A stretch of 64,000 bases of DNA from a bacterium (GCA_963675295.2 CAXXKJ010000001.1:210430-274429); one strand, 5' to 3'. Positions 50,345 to 60,023 are shown, counted from the first letter of the stretch. Made by a program: numbers and translations. Notes: a model not told the origin generated them from the letters alone.

Positions 50345-52924
50345 ATGAGCAACTCGATTACCGACGCGTATACCGAGCTGGTGAACCTGCGGTATCAGCT
50401 CTACAACAGCCTGTTCATGATGCTGCCGCTCGATGCGGTGCAGCAGACCGGTGTCTGGATTCCACTGCTGCAGGGGGCGTGCAATCAGGGGTACGAACAG
50501 AGCAAAAGTCCGGATACGATTATCCGCGAGTTTTTCCAGGCCAACAAGCCCGACTTCTCCGAACGCGACCAGATTGACTTTCTCTTTAAAACGATCCAGT
50601 ACATCGAGCGGCTGATCGTGTTGATTGATGCGCTCGAGGATGCTGCCTACAGCCAGATCCACCGTGTGAACGGTCCGCATTCGTGGATGCAGCTCGCGGA
50701 AACGGTCGAGCAGAAAGGGCTGCGGGACGAACTCGCGGAACAGCTGAAGACCATGGCGGTCCGGGTCGTGCTCACCGCCCACCCGACCCAGTTTTACCCG
50801 GAATCGGTGCTCGCGCTGATTTCCGATCTGAAGGACGCCATCGCGGCAAGCCACACCGCCGAAATCCGGGATCTGCTCGACCAGCTCGGCCGCACTCCCT
50901 TTTTCCGCAAGAGCAAGCCGTCGCCGCTGGATGAGGCGATGATGCTGATGAACTACCTGTCGCAGGTGTTCTACCCCGCGATCGGGCAGTTGCTGGACAA
51001 GGTCGCGGAGGACGTGCCCGGTGCCGAGGAGGCGATCACCAACCTGATCCAGGTCGGGTTCTGGCCGGGGGGCGACCGGGACGGCAACCCCTTTGTCACG
51101 GTGGAGATCACCCGTCAAGTCGCGGCGCGTTTGAAGATGGCTATCTTGAAATGCTACGCCGCCGACCTGAAGAAACTACGTCGCCGGCTTACGTTTGCCG
51201 GCATCTATGACCGCTTGCTCGAACTGGAAAAACTGGTCGATCACGAGCTCCACGGCAGCAAACAGGATGAGGTGCTGGCGCTTGATCATTTGCTGGCCGG
51301 CATTGAGGAGATCGAAACCCGTGTCCGTTACGAACAGGAAGGCCTGTTTCTACAGCATGTGAGATCCTTCAAGCGAAAGCTGCGCTGCTTCGGGTTCCAC
51401 TTCGCCAGCCTTGACATTCGCCAGGACAGCCGGATCATCGCCCGCACCCTGGACGAGCTCCGCGCCAACCATCCCGGCCTGCTGCCGGATGAGTTCGACC
51501 AACTCTCCGAACCGGAACAGATTCAGGCGTTGCTGTCGGTGAACGGTGACGTCGACCCAACCAAACTCAGCGATACAGTCCTGCGGGACACGATTGACTC
51601 GGTACAAGTGATCGCTGAGATCCAGCAGTCAAACGGCCAGGCGGGAGCGCACCGCTACATCATCAGCAACTGCCGGGGCGCGCTCGACATGGCACGGGTG
51701 ATTGCCCTGTTCCGCATTGGTGGCTGGGGAGGGAAAAAACTGACTGTGGACATCGTGCCACTGTTCGAAACGATTGACGATCTGCGCTCGGCGGCAGCCT
51801 CGATGCAGCTCATTTACGACCAGTCCGCCTACCGTGACCACCTCACCCGGCGCAACTCCGAGCAGACTGTCATGCTGGGCTTCTCGGACGGCACCAAGGA
51901 CGGCGGCTACCTGATGGCAAACTGGGCCATTTACCGCGCCAAGGAGGAGATTACCCGGGTTTCCCGTGCGGCGGGAACGGTGGTCCACTTCTTCGACGGT
52001 CGCGGTGGTCCACCAGCCCGTGGCGGCGGAAACAGCCACCTGTTCTATTCCGCACTCGGCAGCAGCATCGAAAGCAAGCAGATTCAGCTCACGCTGCAGG
52101 GCCAGACAATCAGCTCGCACTATGGTATTCTTGAGTCAGCAACACACAACCTGGAAATGCTACTCACCGCCGGGTTGAGCAGCCGCCTGTTTCATCGAAA
52201 GCAAAATGACATCACCGACGCGCAACAGAAACTGATCGACGAACTGGCCGCCATCAGCCTCGAGGCCTACCAGGACTTCAAGAACCATCCGCTGTTCGTG
52301 CCGTACCTGTTGGAACGCAGCACGCTCAAATACTACGGCATGGCGAATATTGGCAGCCGTCCGAGCCGGCGCGGAAACGACAAGGAATTCCGCTTCGAAG
52401 ACCTGCGCGCGATTCCGTTTGTCGGGGCCTGGAGCCAGCTGAAGCAGAATGTTCCGGGATTCTACGGCGTCGGCACCGCGCTGAAGAAAATGGAAAGCAT
52501 GGGCCGTCTGGATGAGGTGAAGCAGCTGTTCCGCGAGTGCAGCCTGTTCCGGGCGTTTATCGCCAACAGCATGCAGAGCATGAGCAAGACAAACTTCGAG
52601 ATCACGCATTACCACGCCACCGACGAACGCTTCGGCGAGCTCTGGGAACGGATCCACGACGAATTTCAACTCAGCTACCAACTGGTGCTCGAAATCGCCG
52701 GCCAGTCTGAACTGCTCGAGGACAATCCCCGCAGCCGGGAAAGTATTCGCTTGCGCGAAAACGTTGTCCTGCCCCTGTTGACAATCCAGCAGCTCGCCCT
52801 GATCCGGATTCAACAGGAAAAAGCCAGGGACGGCGGCGGTGACGATGAGCTGACATCGCTGTACGAGAAGATGGTAATGCGGTCGCTGTTCGGAAACATC
52901 AACGCCACGCGGAACGCTGTCTAG
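50345..52924 (+). CDS. ppc: Phosphoenolpyruvate carboxylase
   Basis: VLTAHPT, GGDRDGNP, VPLFET, VMLGFSDGTKDGG, GRGGPPARGGG, LRAIPFV, C-terminal RNAV. Confidence 0.96.
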   Translation: MSNSITDAYTELVNLRYQLYNSLFMMLPLDAVQQTGVWIPLLQGACNQGYEQSKSPDTIIREFFQANKPDFSERDQIDFLFKTIQYIERLIVLIDALEDAAYSQIHRVNGPHSWMQLAETVEQKGLRDELAEQLKTMAVRVVLTAHPTQFYPESVLALISDLKDAIAASHTAEIRDLLDQLGRTPFFRKSKPSPLDEAMMLMNYLSQVFYPAIGQLLDKVAEDVPGAEEAITNLIQVGFWPGGDRDGNPFVTVEITRQVAARLKMAILKCYAADLKKLRRRLTFAGIYDRLLELEKLVDHELHGSKQDEVLALDHLLAGIEEIETRVRYEQEGLFLQHVRSFKRKLRCFGFHFASLDIRQDSRIIARTLDELRANHPGLLPDEFDQLSEPEQIQALLSVNGDVDPTKLSDTVLRDTIDSVQVIAEIQQSNGQAGAHRYIISNCRGALDMARVIALFRIGGWGGKKLTVDIVPLFETIDDLRSAAASMQLIYDQSAYRDHLTRRNSEQTVMLGFSDGTKDGGYLMANWAIYRAKEEITRVSRAAGTVVHFFDGRGGPPARGGGNSHLFYSALGSSIESKQIQLTLQGQTISSHYGILESATHNLEMLLTAGLSSRLFHRKQNDITDAQQKLIDELAAISLEAYQDFKNHPLFVPYLLERSTLKYYGMANIGSRPSRRGNDKEFRFEDLRAIPFVGAWSQLKQNVPGFYGVGTALKKMESMGRLDEVKQLFRECSLFRAFIANSMQSMSKTNFEITHYHATDERFGELWERIHDEFQLSYQLVLEIAGQSELLEDNPRSRESIRLRENVVLPLLTIQQLALIRIQQEKARDGGGDDELTSLYEKMVMRSLFGNINATRNAV

Positions 52925-53016
52925 GTGCCACGTGCGGGAACAGAAAAGCCGCAGCGGCGGAATCGTAACCGTAACATTACCAACAGCAGTATCACCGATT
53001 GTAGCAGACACAGAAA

Positions 53017-53043
53017 ACGGCCTATCGTCAGACGATAGGCCGT
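53017..53043. terminator. Terminator downstream of tRNA-Leu
   Basis: ACGGCCTATCGTC-A-GACGATAGGCCGT palindrome with TTTT tail on the minus strand. Confidence 0.7.
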
Positions 53044-53052
53044 CATTCTCTC

Positions 53053-53140
53053 TGGTACCGAGGGGGGGACTCGAACCCCCAAGGGCGCAGGGCCCGGCGG
53101 ATTTTGAGTCCGCTGCGTCTACCAATTCCGCCACCCCGGC
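53053..53140 (-). tRNA. tRNA-Leu(CAA)
   Basis: GCCGGGGTGGCGGAATTGGTAGACGCAGCGGA-CTCAAAA-TCCGC...GGTTCGAGTCC...CCA; long variable arm. Confidence 0.97.
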
Positions 53141-53214
53141 GAGCGACTTCGAATATAGCGGTTTCTCCCCGTTCTGCAAACCCCACAAGCGTTTCCGCGA
53201 GACACGCTCATTAG

Positions 53215-54408
53215 CTACTGCACGAAGAACGAGAAGCCGACGCTCGTGTTCCACGCGCTGAGCCCATCCGACCGGTCATACAACGCAACCCGCAAATCAA
53301 TCCGCTTGAAAAACAGCGAACTGTTCACGCCCGGCAGGCCGGTTTCGGAGATCGGCTGCAACGGGTAGTACCGGAAACCAAGGCCGTACTTCTGGCTGTC
53401 GAACGCCGAGAGGTCGTAGTCAGACGTATAATACTCGTTCGCCGCCGTGTGGACACCATACTCCGCGAAATAGTCGGCGGCGGTCTGGGTGTGGTACCGG
53501 TAGAACGGGATCAATGCGAATGCCTGCGAAACACGAAGTGGCGTTTCCACGTTGTACGTCTGTGCGGTGATGCCGAAATCATCCTGGTAGTAACGTCCGT
53601 GCAGGCGCAGAATGATCAGGTCGGTGAGGTAGTAGTTGAACCGCAGGCTGACCGGGTACTTGAGACGGTTGTCCGGCAGCTTCTCGATGTGCGCCTGGTT
53701 GTCACCGGCGAAATAGACCCGGTGGAACGGGGTCGCGAGATAGCCGGTCTGATGCACGAGATCGAAGCTCAGGGACGCCTGCGCGCGTGTGCTCAGAACC
53801 TGGTTGTAGCTGAAGGTGGCGGTATAGGTCCGGCGCGGAGTGGTCGCATAGTCATCGCCCTCGCCGTTGATCGTACCACCGCCGGCCGCACGCAATTCCC
53901 ACGGGTAGATAAGCTTCAGGTCATCGAAGAACACCTTGCCGCTGATGCTGAACTCGCTGTTCTGGCTCGGCGTCATCCACGCATAGTGCCCACCGAAAAT
54001 GAACGACTGGTAGTCGAACTCACGGGAGAAACCCACCGCGACGCCGTAGTTGCTGCGACGGTGCGGATCGTTGGTCTGGTAGCCGAACTCGCCGTGACCG
54101 CGCAGGTCCATGCTGGAAGCGCTGCTCTGCACGAAGTCGATGTTGTCGGTGGACGCCGAGCTGTAGACATCGAACCCCATCGAAACGGTGATCGCCTTGT
54201 CGCCGCGCGGGATCAGGATGTGGATGTTCGGCGCGACGTCATACAGCCGCTGCGTGCCTTCGCCGCCGGTTACCGCAGCGTGGTCGCCGTCCTGGTGGTA
54301 GTATTCCGCGAGGAAGTCGATTTCGATCGGTTGGCCCTCATCCGCAAACGCCGGCAACACAAACGTCACGATCATGAGCACCGCGAGCAGGGGACGGATC
54401 AGTTGCAT
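53215..54408 (-). CDS. DUF3570-family outer-membrane protein
   Basis: MQL start overlapping the upstream GCGCN stop; YYHQDG.H.AVTGG.GT, SREFDY.S, LATPFHRVY, EKLPD.R, YTSDYDLS; C-terminal strand. Confidence 0.82.
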   Translation of the reverse strand: MQLIRPLLAVLMIVTFVLPAFADEGQPIEIDFLAEYYHQDGDHAAVTGGEGTQRLYDVAPNIHILIPRGDKAITVSMGFDVYSSASTDNIDFVQSSASSMDLRGHGEFGYQTNDPHRRSNYGVAVGFSREFDYQSFIFGGHYAWMTPSQNSEFSISGKVFFDDLKLIYPWELRAAGGGTINGEGDDYATTPRRTYTATFSYNQVLSTRAQASLSFDLVHQTGYLATPFHRVYFAGDNQAHIEKLPDNRLKYPVSLRFNYYLTDLIILRLHGRYYQDDFGITAQTYNVETPLRVSQAFALIPFYRYHTQTAADYFAEYGVHTAANEYYTSDYDLSAFDSQKYGLGFRYYPLQPISETGLPGVNSSLFFKRIDLRVALYDRSDGLSAWNTSVGFSFFVQ

Positions 54409-54617
54409 CCGCACCCTCCCCCGACCTTGCCGCCGGATCCACCGGCCGCGCCTTCACGATAGGTCTGATAATAGTCTTCATACTGCGACAACGGCTCCGG
54501 ACCAAGCTGCATGTCCTCGTCGTTCAGCATCATCTTCTGGTAGGGTTTGACCGACGCACAGCCGGTCAGCAGACTCACCCCCAGCACCAGCGCCAGAGGC
54601 CACAACCGCCATTTCAT
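54399..54617 (-). CDS. DUF4266-family small lipoprotein
   Basis: Lipobox LLTGC; VKPYQK..LND.DM; YREGAAGG...GGGCGCN terminus. Confidence 0.88.
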   Translation of the reverse strand: MKWRLWPLALVLGVSLLTGCASVKPYQKMMLNDEDMQLGPEPLSQYEDYYQTYREGAAGGSGGKVGGGCGCN

Positions 54618-54629
54618 GCTGACATCCCC

Positions 54630-55658
54630 TTATCTCGATGAATTGCCATCCGTTTCGTAATCCAAGTCCACATGCGCCGACTGCACCAGCCGGTTGCCCT
54701 CCGTGACCAGCAAGCATTCGATGTTCTTCAGCCGGTCAATTAACGCGATCCCGTCCTCCTCACCGAGCACGAAGACCGATGTCGCCAACGCGTCCGCCAG
54801 CTCGGCGTCTGGACACAGAATGGTCACACTCTTCAGCCCACTCGCGGGCCAGCCAGTGCGTGGGTCGATGATGTGCGCGTACCGAACGCCCTCGATCATC
54901 GCGTACTTCTCATAGTCGCCGGAGGTGACAATCGCGCCGTCCTGCGTGCGCAAAGTTGCGATCTCATGCTGCGGATCTTCCGGGTCAGCGATGCTGACAC
55001 CCCACGGCAAGCCGTCCGGCTGCACCCCCCACGCGGTCAAGTCACCGCTGGCGTTGACCACGCCGTTCGCGATGCCCAGCTCCTTCATCCGCCGCCGGGC
55101 ACGATTGGCGGCGTATCCTTTTCCAATCGCGCCAAACCCGATTCGCATCCCCGCCTCCGGCAGGAACACGCTCAACGAATCCTCGTTCAGCTGAATCTTC
55201 TGGTAGCCGATGTGTCGCACCGAGTTCGCGATTGCTTCGTCGGACGGCACTTCCGTCATCGACCCGTCGAATGTCCACACCCGGTCCAGCGACGCGAAGC
55301 TGATATCGAATGCGCCCCCGGTCAGCTTCGACACTCGCTGCGCCCGCTCGATCAGGCGAAACAGCTCTTCATCCACCACGACAGGCTGGACGCCGGCGTT
55401 GCGGTTGATCCGTGAGGTCTGCGAGGATTCGTCCCACGACGAGATCAGCCGTTCGATCCGCTGGATCTCGGCGATGGCTGTGTCGACCGCGGCAACGCTT
55501 AGCGCCGGATCATCCGAGACCGCGATGATCTCGAAACGGCTGCCCATCAGTTTCAGGACACGCCGTTCCATCCCGGGGTAATCGTCCCAGGCGGCAAACG
55601 ACGGCAACACCAACGTGAACAGCAGCACCGCTAGCAGGCTTGCGCGAACTGGTTTCAC
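54630..55658 (-). CDS. apbE: FAD:protein FMN transferase
   Basis: MGSRFEI, GAFDI, GAIGKGY, TSGDYEK, HIIDPRTG, ADALAT. Confidence 0.93.
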   Translation of the reverse strand: MKPVRASLLAVLLFTLVLPSFAAWDDYPGMERRVLKLMGSRFEIIAVSDDPALSVAAVDTAIAEIQRIERLISSWDESSQTSRINRNAGVQPVVVDEELFRLIERAQRVSKLTGGAFDISFASLDRVWTFDGSMTEVPSDEAIANSVRHIGYQKIQLNEDSLSVFLPEAGMRIGFGAIGKGYAANRARRRMKELGIANGVVNASGDLTAWGVQPDGLPWGVSIADPEDPQHEIATLRTQDGAIVTSGDYEKYAMIEGVRYAHIIDPRTGWPASGLKSVTILCPDAELADALATSVFVLGEEDGIALIDRLKNIECLLVTEGNRLVQSAHVDLDYETDGNSSR

Positions 55659-56143
55659 TTGCCGCTCGCCAACGTAGTGAGGTTGCTGATATACTCGTCA
55701 ACCGACTCCCGGTTGTACCCGGACAGCTCGCCGACCACGCTTCCGTCCGGCTTGAGCACCACGAGCAACGGGAACGCACCGGTGTGGTTGTATTTCTCCG
55801 CCAACGCTTCGTTCTGCCGCTTCAACTCCGGCGCGAGCTGATTCTCCTTCTTCACCGGAAAATCGAGCTGCACGAGGACATACTTGTCCACCGCGTAGGA
55901 CTCAAACTGCTCGGTTTCGAGGATGGTGGACTTGAGCTTCATGCACGGCCGGCACCAGTCGGAGCCGGAGAAGTACACAATCACCAGCTTGTTCTGTTCA
56001 CCGGCCTGCTTGAGCGCCTGGTCGAAATCGGTCAGCCAGGGATGGCCAGACGTGGGTTCTTCGGCCAGGGCGGAGATGGAAAGTGGCACCAGCAAACATG
56101 CCAGCACGAGCACGGATACTACCCGGGAGGGCGCGAGTTGCAT
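55655..56143 (-). CDS. Exported thioredoxin-like protein
   Basis: Signal peptide; FSGSDWCRPC (CxxC); LDFP; FP cis-Pro loop. Confidence 0.88.
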   Translation of the reverse strand: MQLAPSRVVSVLVLACLLVPLSISALAEEPTSGHPWLTDFDQALKQAGEQNKLVIVYFSGSDWCRPCMKLKSTILETEQFESYAVDKYVLVQLDFPVKKENQLAPELKRQNEALAEKYNHTGAFPLLVVLKPDGSVVGELSGYNRESVDEYISNLTTLASGK

Positions 56144-56441
56144 CGGTCTTCCTTCAGTCAGATCATCATACGGTTCGGCAGGTCCCACATTGTTTGTCTG
56201 AACTTGAGATGACAGTCAAAGCGGAACGTTGCACAACAAATGTGGATTTCTCAGGACACATCAAACGCAAGGATCGAGACCTGACTCTCCCTGACTGAAC
56301 GTTCGCCACAGGTTGAACTGCGTGCGACTCGAATCTAGCTGGAATTTACCCGTCCCACGTGTGATGATTATTAGGGTTCCCAAACTTCGAGCCGAACTCG
56401 AGAGCCGGGGTAAGTAGCATCTACCCATGTGCCTCGAATCC

Positions 56442-56518
56442 ATGTGCCCCGGATGGCTTTGCCAGCCGGGATGATCAACTCTCGGACAATCCCGACTTGC
56501 AAGCAAGTCGGGGCACAC
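56442..56518. repeat. Inverted REP doublet (REPIN-like) related to the RAYT-flanking REPs
   Basis: ATGTGCCCCGGATGGC-TTT-GCCAGCCGGG followed by GGACAATCCCGACTTGC-AA-GCAAGTCGGGGCACA. Confidence 0.8.
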
Positions 56519-56711
56519 ACCCAGGCACGGGTACATCAGTCTCGGGCGCGTGGGGACACACACCTGGACACGGGGGCATCAGGCTCGGGCACGTCGGCGC
56601 AAACCTTCCAATCAACCCGGACCGCCATTTCTTCCGATTCATGACCTTGTCACCCGCGCCCGCTTGCGTATCTTCCCAACAACCCTTCCGACAACCGACA
56701 GGAAACCGTGT

Positions 56712-57434
56712 ATGAATGCCGTCTGGGTGGGATTGATTGCCGTCGCGATTCTCGTCGCGGCTTTCACCGGGCACATGGAGGAGACGACCAACGCCGCGAT
56801 GGACAGCGCCGGCACTGCCGTCGAACTCGCCATCGGCCTGATCGGGGTGATGGCGCTGTGGCTCGGCCTGATGAAGATCGCGGAAAAGGCAGGCCTGGTG
56901 CAGGCGCTCGCACGGCTGCTGCGTCCCCTCCTGCGTCGCATCTTTCCCGAGGTCCCGAAGGATCACCCGGCGATGGGATCCATGCTGGCGAATATCGCCG
57001 CCAACATGCTTGGACTCGGCAACTCCGCCACCGCCCTCGGCCTGCGCGCGATGCAGGATCTGCAGAACCTGAACAAGGAAAAGGCCAGCGCCAGCAATTC
57101 GATGGCGACCTTTCTCGCGATCAACACTTCGTCCGTGACCATTATTCCGGCGACTGTGATCGCGATTCGCGCCTCGGCAAATTCCAACTCGCCCGCCGAG
57201 ATCATTGGACCGGTGATCGTCGCGACGCTGGTCTCGACAACCGTCGGTATCCTTGCCTCACGACTGCTGCAACGCTTTGTCCCGGCACAGGGGGTGGACA
57301 AACCGAATGATCCACCCACGGATCGTCCGCGTCCGCAAGCGGACACGGGCACATCAGACACGGGCACGTCCGGTGATGATTCGTCAGGTGATGATGATCC
57401 GTCCAAAACCGACAAACGCGAGGAGGGCCGCTGA
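56712..57434 (+). CDS. spmA: Spore maturation protein A-like (nucleoside recognition Gate domain) with low-complexity tail
   Basis: LWLGLMKIAEKAG, FPEVPKDHPAMG..ANIAANMLGLGNSAT, FLAINTSS. Confidence 0.9.
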   Translation: MNAVWVGLIAVAILVAAFTGHMEETTNAAMDSAGTAVELAIGLIGVMALWLGLMKIAEKAGLVQALARLLRPLLRRIFPEVPKDHPAMGSMLANIAANMLGLGNSATALGLRAMQDLQNLNKEKASASNSMATFLAINTSSVTIIPATVIAIRASANSNSPAEIIGPVIVATLVSTTVGILASRLLQRFVPAQGVDKPNDPPTDRPRPQADTGTSDTGTSGDDSSGDDDPSKTDKREEGR

Positions 57435-57976
57435 TGGACACGCTGCAGGGCATCCTCGCCGAAATGGGGTCGTGGGCGATTCCAGTCGCGATCATCGGTA
57501 TCGTCGGCGTCGGTGCGATCCGCAAGGTGAAGGTCTACGAGGTGTTCGTCGAAGGGGCGAAGGAAGGGTTCGACGTCGGCGTCCGTATCATCCCGTACCT
57601 CGTCGCGATCCTCGTTGCGATCGGAATGTTCCGCGCGTCCGGCGCGCTGGACTTCCTCGTCGCCGCGCTGGATCCGCTTCTGAGCTGGATCGGGTATCCG
57701 GGGGAAGCGTTGCCGATGGCGTTGATCCGGCCGTTGTCCGGTTCCGGCGCGCTGGGCGTGATGACCGAATTGATCAACACGCACGGCCCGGATTCATTCA
57801 TCGGACGCCTGGCCTCCGTGATGATGGGATCGACCGAGACTACCTTCTACGTCCTCGCGGTGTATCTCGGATCGGTCGCGGTACGGCGCTCACGGCACAC
57901 CCTCGCCGCCTGCCTGATCGCGGATGCCGCCGGGTTGATTGCTGCCTTCATCGTGGTCAAGGTGGTGTGGGGATGA
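57434..57976 (+). CDS. spmB: Spore maturation protein B-like protein
   Basis: VYEVFVEGAKEGF, RPLSGSGA, GPDSFIG, GSTETTFYV; TGATG coupling. Confidence 0.92.
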   Translation: MDTLQGILAEMGSWAIPVAIIGIVGVGAIRKVKVYEVFVEGAKEGFDVGVRIIPYLVAILVAIGMFRASGALDFLVAALDPLLSWIGYPGEALPMALIRPLSGSGALGVMTELINTHGPDSFIGRLASVMMGSTETTFYVLAVYLGSVAVRRSRHTLAACLIADAAGLIAAFIVVKVVWG

Positions 57977-58623
57977 GCGAAACGATCACACGCGCCCTGA
58001 TCGTCCTCAATGGCGAGATCGAACCCAGCCTGCCGTGGGTCAACCGGGATGAGTACGTCCACATCGTCGCGGCGGACGGCGCGTTGGACGTGCTGCTCGA
58101 AAACGATTGGCCGCCAACCGTCGCCCTCGGCGATTTCGATTCGGTCAACCCGTCCACTCTTGAGCTTGCCCGCTCTCGCGGCATCTACACCCTGCACACT
58201 CCCGACCAGGACTTCACCGACTTCGAGAAGGCGCTGAACTTCGTCGAAGCGGAGACGGTGCAGAGCGTGGATATCATTGGCCACACCGGCCGTCGGCTCG
58301 ATCATACCCTCGGCTCGATCCACGCCGCCGCCCGTGCGGCGGGACGCATGAACCTGCAGTTGATCGACCCGATCGGCACCGGTCACCTGATTCCGGCGGG
58401 GGAAACCTTTGAAATAGACGACTGTTCCGGCCAGACCTGCAGCGTGATCGCGCTGATCCCGGCATGCGTTAATCTGGACGGCTTCCGCTGGCCGTTGAAC
58501 CAGTCCCGGATCGGCGGCGAGCACGGCCAATCAGTCTCCAACGAAATCGCCTCGGACCGGGCACGGGTTCGTGTCCTGGAGGGCGTCGCGATGGTCTATC
58601 TGCACCATGCGCCGTGCGCCTGA
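57973..58623 (+). CDS. thiN: Thiamine diphosphokinase
   Basis: AADG, GDFDS, DQDFTDFEKAL, GRRLDHTL, GFRWPL, SVSNE; ATGA overlap with spmB. Confidence 0.9.
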   Translation: MSETITRALIVLNGEIEPSLPWVNRDEYVHIVAADGALDVLLENDWPPTVALGDFDSVNPSTLELARSRGIYTLHTPDQDFTDFEKALNFVEAETVQSVDIIGHTGRRLDHTLGSIHAAARAAGRMNLQLIDPIGTGHLIPAGETFEIDDCSGQTCSVIALIPACVNLDGFRWPLNQSRIGGEHGQSVSNEIASDRARVRVLEGVAMVYLHHAPCA

Positions 58624-58725
58624 ACGGTAAGCGGAGCGCGAAAAAACTGCCATCTTCCGCTTGCGAGCGGGCCCGCCCGATACAATACCTTGCAGACGTT
58701 CCCGTCCTGTCACGTGTGAGGTTGT

Positions 58726-59472
58726 ATGACCGCTGTGATTCTCGTCGCCGGACGTTCCACCCGCATGGGCGATCTCACCGCCGAAGTGCACAAATCCCTG
58801 CTGACCGTGGGCGATCGTCCGATCCTCAGCCGCATGCTGAACGCGTTGGACGATAACGCCATCCGTCGAGTCATCTTTGTCGGTGGCAGCATGCAGGAAC
58901 AGCTCGAGGACTTTGTCCGCACACACCACGGCAATTTCGAGGTGAGCTGGGTTCGGAACGAGGACTACGCGACGACGAACACCGCGTATTCGGTGATGCT
59001 GACCGATGAAGCGATGGGACGCGATCACGACATGTTGCTGATCAACGGGGACGTGGTGCTCGACGCCCGCGCGATCGCCCGGACGTTGAACGGCCGCGGT
59101 GCGCATGAAACCGTAAGCGTGCTCGCAACGAGATTCTCCGGTGTCGCCGACGAAGAGGTGAAGGTGCTGGTCAAAGATGGCCGAATCACCGAAATCGGCA
59201 AACACATCGATCCACAGCAGGCAGCCGGTGAATCAGTTGGGATCAACCTGATCGCCCGGCAACAGCTCGATGCCCTGTATTCGACGTTGCGGACCCGGAT
59301 TGAGACCGGTGACGGGCGTACCGAGTACTATGAACACGCTTTCAACCAGATGGTGGCCGAGGGGATTCATTTCCGTACGGCGGATGTGACGGATCTCCCG
59401 GTTATGGAAATAGATACGCCGGAGGACTATTCGGCGGTGAAACAGGAGCTCGCACCCCGATTGTTCGGGTGA
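58726..59472 (+). CDS. Phosphocholine cytidylyltransferase (LicC-like) nucleotidyltransferase
   Basis: AVILVAGRSTRMG...KSLL, N.DY.TTNT.YS, NGDV, DEEVKV, GESVGI, YYE, EIDTPED. Confidence 0.8.
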   Translation: MTAVILVAGRSTRMGDLTAEVHKSLLTVGDRPILSRMLNALDDNAIRRVIFVGGSMQEQLEDFVRTHHGNFEVSWVRNEDYATTNTAYSVMLTDEAMGRDHDMLLINGDVVLDARAIARTLNGRGAHETVSVLATRFSGVADEEVKVLVKDGRITEIGKHIDPQQAAGESVGINLIARQQLDALYSTLRTRIETGDGRTEYYEHAFNQMVAEGIHFRTADVTDLPVMEIDTPEDYSAVKQELAPRLFG

Positions 59473-59617
59473 GAATCCCCCGAAGGGAGGGATGGAGCCG
59501 GAGAAACGGCTGAAAGCCTTTTGACGGTTGCGTTCCCGGCGCTTACGGGTGTATGCTTCGCCATGGATGACCAATCGCTTGAGTGGCCAATCGCTTAGCA
59601 GAATCTTGGATTTTGAC

Positions 59618-59645
59618 TTGACTCGCCTGCCTCGATGCCTATATT
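59618..59645 (+). promoter_or_regulatory. Probable sigma70 promoter of the HU gene
   Basis: TTGACT-N16-TATATT. Confidence 0.45.
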
Positions 59646-59726
59646 TCAGGCAAGCACTGGCCACGGACCGCATGGGGTACCACTTGAACCAGCCGGGGGA
59701 TGAGCCGGCAAGCCAGGAGGAGAAGC

Positions 59727-60002
59727 ATGAACAAGGCTGAATTGGTAGATGTCATTGCCAAGAAGACGGATCAGACCAAGCGCGCGACGGAAGGTTTTCT
59801 CGATGCTTTCCTCGATGCCGTGACCAATGCCGTGGCCAAGGGTGACAAGGTCAGCATCGTCGGGTTCGGTAGCTTCGAAAAGAAAAAGCGTGAAGCGCGT
59901 ACCGGCCGTAACCCCCGCACGGGTGAGACGATCAAGATCGCCGCGAAGTCCTATCCGGCCTTCAGCCCGGGCAAGGCCTTCAAGGACAAGGTCGCGAAGT
60001 AA
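59727..60002 (+). CDS. hup: DNA-binding protein HU
   Basis: MNKAELV, GFGSF, ARTGRNPRTGETIKI, PAFSPGKAFKD. Confidence 0.96.
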   Translation: MNKAELVDVIAKKTDQTKRATEGFLDAFLDAVTNAVAKGDKVSIVGFGSFEKKKREARTGRNPRTGETIKIAAKSYPAFSPGKAFKDKVAK

Positions 60003-60023
60003 TTCGCCGGAATTCCGAGTCTG

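Noticed and set aside
39972-53140. Genomic island integrated at tRNA-Leu
   Set aside because: No integrase, and I saw no duplicated tRNA 3' end in the window.
6272-53254. Long antisense ORFs (e.g. 6272..7504, 30325..31425, 36732..37979, 44852..46012, 48549..49811, 52160..53254)
   Set aside because: They overlap well-supported genes on the other strand, have no recognisable motifs, and are expected in high-GC DNA.
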